From the NCBI RefSeq assembly GCF_963676685.1, contig NC_092356.1:3658001-3722000 (forward strand): a stretch of 64,000 bases of DNA. Direction: 5' to 3'. Shown here in pieces: positions 60,691-64,000 of this stretch (positions within the stretch are counted from its first letter, which is position 1; every line of letters begins with the position of its first letter). A model generated the notes under the pieces. The model worked only from the letters and a program-made list of their open reading frames with translations, was not told the origin of the DNA and made no database searches. The DNA is from Mytilus edulis. Its lineage: Eukaryota. The translations under genes were made by a program, and so were the position numbers.

Positions 60691-61788
60691 TTTTTTATGC
60701 CCCGCCACGAAGTGAAAGGGGCATATAGATTTACCCTTGTCCGTCCGTACATACGTATGTACGTCCGTCTGTCCCGATCTTGGTTAAGTTTTGCGTTAAG
60801 GTCCATTTCTCAGAATGTGATAATGATGTACCAATGATATTTCATCAGTATATTCTTCTTAAATAGTACTACATTGATCAACAACATTTGGGTCAATTTG
60901 ACCTACATTTCATGCTTGATTGACTTCAATAACTTTTTTCATAAATGACCATTGTGAAGAAACCTATTGTAATATATGAATGATATTTCACCACTGTGGT
61001 GTTCCTATGTAGTGTAACACAGTTCAACAGTTCAGCATCTTTTGGGTCACTATGACCTACATTTTATGCTTGAGTGATTTTGGTTAAGTTTTGCGTTTAG
61101 GTCCATTTCTCAGAACCCTATGGTAGTGCATCAATGATATTAGACTGTTGTAGTGTTCTTGCTTAGTGCAACACAGTTCAGCATCTTTTTGGTCAATATG
61201 ACCTACATTTTATGCTTCAGTGGTTTTGGTTATGTTTTGTGTATAGGTCCATTTCTCAGAACCCTATGGTAGTGTATCAATGATATTAGACTATTGGTAG
61301 TGTTCTTGCTTAGTGCAGCACAGTTCAGCATCTTTTTGGTCACTATGACCTACATTTTATGCTTCAGTGATTTTGGTAAAGTTTTGTGTCGAGGATTATT
61401 TCTCAAGAACCTAATGTAGTATATCAATGATATTAATGTATTGTAGTGTCCTTGCATAGTGCAGCACAGTTCAGCATCTTCTAGAATACCATGACCTACA
61501 TTTTATGCTTGAATGATTTTGGTCAAGTTTTGCATTTACTGCCATTTCTCGGAATCTGTGGTAGTGTATCAATGATATTACACTGTTGTAGTATTCTTGC
61601 ACAGTGCAGCACAGTTTGACCTCTTTTTGGTCACTTTGACATATCTTATGCTTGAGTGACTTTGGTTTAAATTTGCCATACAGCTCTTTTCAGCAGCATT
61701 TTGGTCAATTTTTACATGAGACAACATGGAACCTCATATTGATCTTAATGGCAGGGCATCTGTGGCTTACAGACACATTTTCTAGTTT
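60691..61788 (+). mobile_element. Helentron/HINE-like element with ~155-bp tandem array
   Basis: TTTTTATGCCCCGCC start, GTCC microsatellite, repeated GGTCCATTTCTCAGAA...TGACCTACATTTTATGCT, GGCAGGGCATC plus CTAGTT end; nested in a repeat also seen at 38050-38535. Confidence 0.72.
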
Positions 61789-63136
61789 TTCTTTATGTTC
61801 CTTATGAACTTTCGCATCAGTAGAGTACGACAGATTTAGCATAGCTTTTACCGTTTTCGAGCTATTAGGGGCCAAAGTGGTGCTAAATAAAAAAAAAACC
61901 AAAAAAAAGTTTTTTTATTACTAATCAGAATTCTCTGTCCAGCATATTACTGTGTCCAGCATATTATTGTGTCCAGCATATTATTGTGTCCACTTTAGTA
62001 GTGTGTCAATGCTTGCCCAAATGAACACCTGTTCGACCACTGCGGTCGTATCATGCTGCGCTTGGCGTAGCTCTTTATTTTGGTAATGCTTCAACCAAAT
62101 GATAATATCTTTGGTATGTAGCCTTATTATGAAGAGTTACAGATTAAGTTAGAGTTTGGTGACGGTTCAATGATTTTCACGGAAGCTACAGCCCTTGGAC
62201 ATAGAAAAATTCAATATCAAAGAAATTGTAAATGTAAAACCACTGGCAGTGGGGCTAAACAAACCAAATATAAAACATACAAAACAATAAAAAGTAAAAG
62301 ACATAGGTTAAAGGTAAAAGTGGTCCAAAATATAAAATATTTCTATACATACAAAATTACAGTGAATTATAAGTATTCCACACTTTTTTTTGTAATGTTC
62401 AACCAATTGATTTTATTTTTGGTATGTGGTCTTATCATGAGAAGTTACAGATTAAGTTCTACTTTGGTTGTGGTTGAATAATTTTTACGGAAGTTACGCC
62501 CTCGGACTTAGAAAATTACAGTGAATTTGAAGTTTTCAGCACTTTTTTATGTCCCGCCACAAAGTGGTCGGGACATATAGTTTTACCCTTGTTTGTCATT
62601 CTGACTTGTTGCGCAACAACCAGTTTTCCAGACTTTTTTACTAAACACCTTGAGATATTGAACTGATTTTTGGTATATAGATATTTATTGATGTTACAGA
62701 TTGAGTTTGAGTCTTGTTACGGTTCATTGATTTTCACTTTTGTCGTTCAAGAGTTATGGGACTTTGTTCATTGAAAATTGACATTTTTCACAAAAACTCA
62801 AGTTTACTTTGACCAATTCTTACTAAATTTTAACATGATGTTACATGTAGGTCCTATGTAGAGTAAATGCCTTTGGTTTTTGTTATTTTCCCTATTGTCC
62901 TTTTAGAGTTCTGGAGTTGGGAGCGGACTAAGTAACTTACTTTTTTTTTGTGAATAACTAAAGAATATTTTTTTCCTATTTTCATTTAGATTTTTTTTGG
63001 TTCTATATTTAATTTATTATTTTTTTCATTATTTTATTAAATTTTATTTTTATAAAAATAATTGTCTGTTTGCTTTTAAAATTCACATAGTGTTTCTTCT
63101 TTTGTTTTGTTTGAAATAGACATGATCTGATAATTA

Positions 63137-63300
63137 CAGTCGAATCTGCTTAATCCGACACCTGAATATTCCGACATCCTGTGAAATCTGACAAAATTTA
63201 CTGGTCCCGAAAGTTTTCTTTAACATTCTTTGTTAAAAAATCTTCTGTATTCCGTCACCCGTCTACTCCGTAATCCGACAGCATTTTCAAGTCCCAGCCT
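63137..63300. mobile_element. Left end of a probable Tc1/pogo-like element
   Basis: TA-CAGTCGAATC start with repeated TCCGACA subterminal motifs; partner end not seen in the window. Confidence 0.4.
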
Positions 63301-64000
63301 TCATAAGTACTCTAATTATACTTGTTTAATCCGACCCTTTGATCTCCTTAATCAATTTATAAACAAGGTAATCATAATTCAGTCAGGTGTATTTCATGCA
63401 TTTTTATTAAAGGTAATTTAATCCATTACCTGTGTACACAAATATCTTGTTATTTTTTATTGATCGGATAGGAAATTTGAGGCTCAGTACGGGATAAAAA
63501 CATTTCTACAACATATGGAAAATATATAAATCTTAATACATACTTTTCATAATGTCTTTCTTAATTCAATGTGAGTAAATTGTTGGGGAAAAAAATCCAG
63601 ACGAAGAAATATTGCTAATTGGACTGTGAAATGATTTCATTTTGACAGTTTAATTTATGTAACCAGTGTCGAAGACGATATTCCGACTAAATGATACAAA
63701 TAACCATGACTGGGAAAATAGTTAAACAATTGATGAAGACTAACACTGTAAATGTTCTAAGAACTTGTCAATCTCACTGAAATTTATCGTACTAAATATT
63801 TACAAGATCTTGGGAATTCGTACTTGACGTGGTGTAATGTTTCATAAACACTATTTTTCTTTAAAGGATCTCCTTAGTAAAACCTATTTTGGGTGTTATT
63901 GCCCACGTTTGTATCTTACATGCTTATTTCACTTTTATCAAATGTGAAACCCGAGTATTCCGACACCCTGTCCAATCCGACATATTTCTCTGGTCCCGAG

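Overview
AT-rich, repeat-dense eukaryotic (animal) genomic DNA; the repeat families look like those of a bivalve such as Mytilus (inference). The main feature is an apparently intact 17,936-bp Polinton/Maverick (adintovirus-like) endogenous virus at 8343-26278. It has AGTAGT...ACTACT termini and a perfect 6-bp TSD (GGTTGT), and it is inserted into a host repeat whose empty site also occurs in this window. The right arm carries the core module on the minus strand: integrase, minor capsid, basic core protein, major capsid, cysteine protease, packaging ATPase, small conserved-type ORFs and protein-primed PolB. The left arm (about 8.9-15.4 kb) looks almost empty in the ORF track, but reading it by hand gives a cassette of intron-containing genes whose exon phases all join. 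These are (i) a 4-exon type I membrane protein ending in a KKxx ER-retrieval motif, with a possible alternative last exon; (ii) a 3-exon PC4-like protein with poly-Glu, SIM-like and NLS motifs; (iii) a 2-exon BC-box/SOCS-box-like protein; and (iv) a membrane-anchored or secreted PC4-like gene nested antisense in the intron of (iii). Both extended terminal repeats carry telomeric TTAGGG-type units at mirror positions. Outside the virus are satellites, an 11-finger C2H2 gene, isolated host exons, a hAT transposase remnant, a Penelope-like RT fragment, a hammerhead-ribozyme tandem repeat and many nested MITE/Helentron-type elements. All gene models and family calls are by eye and need RNA-seq and HMM confirmation.
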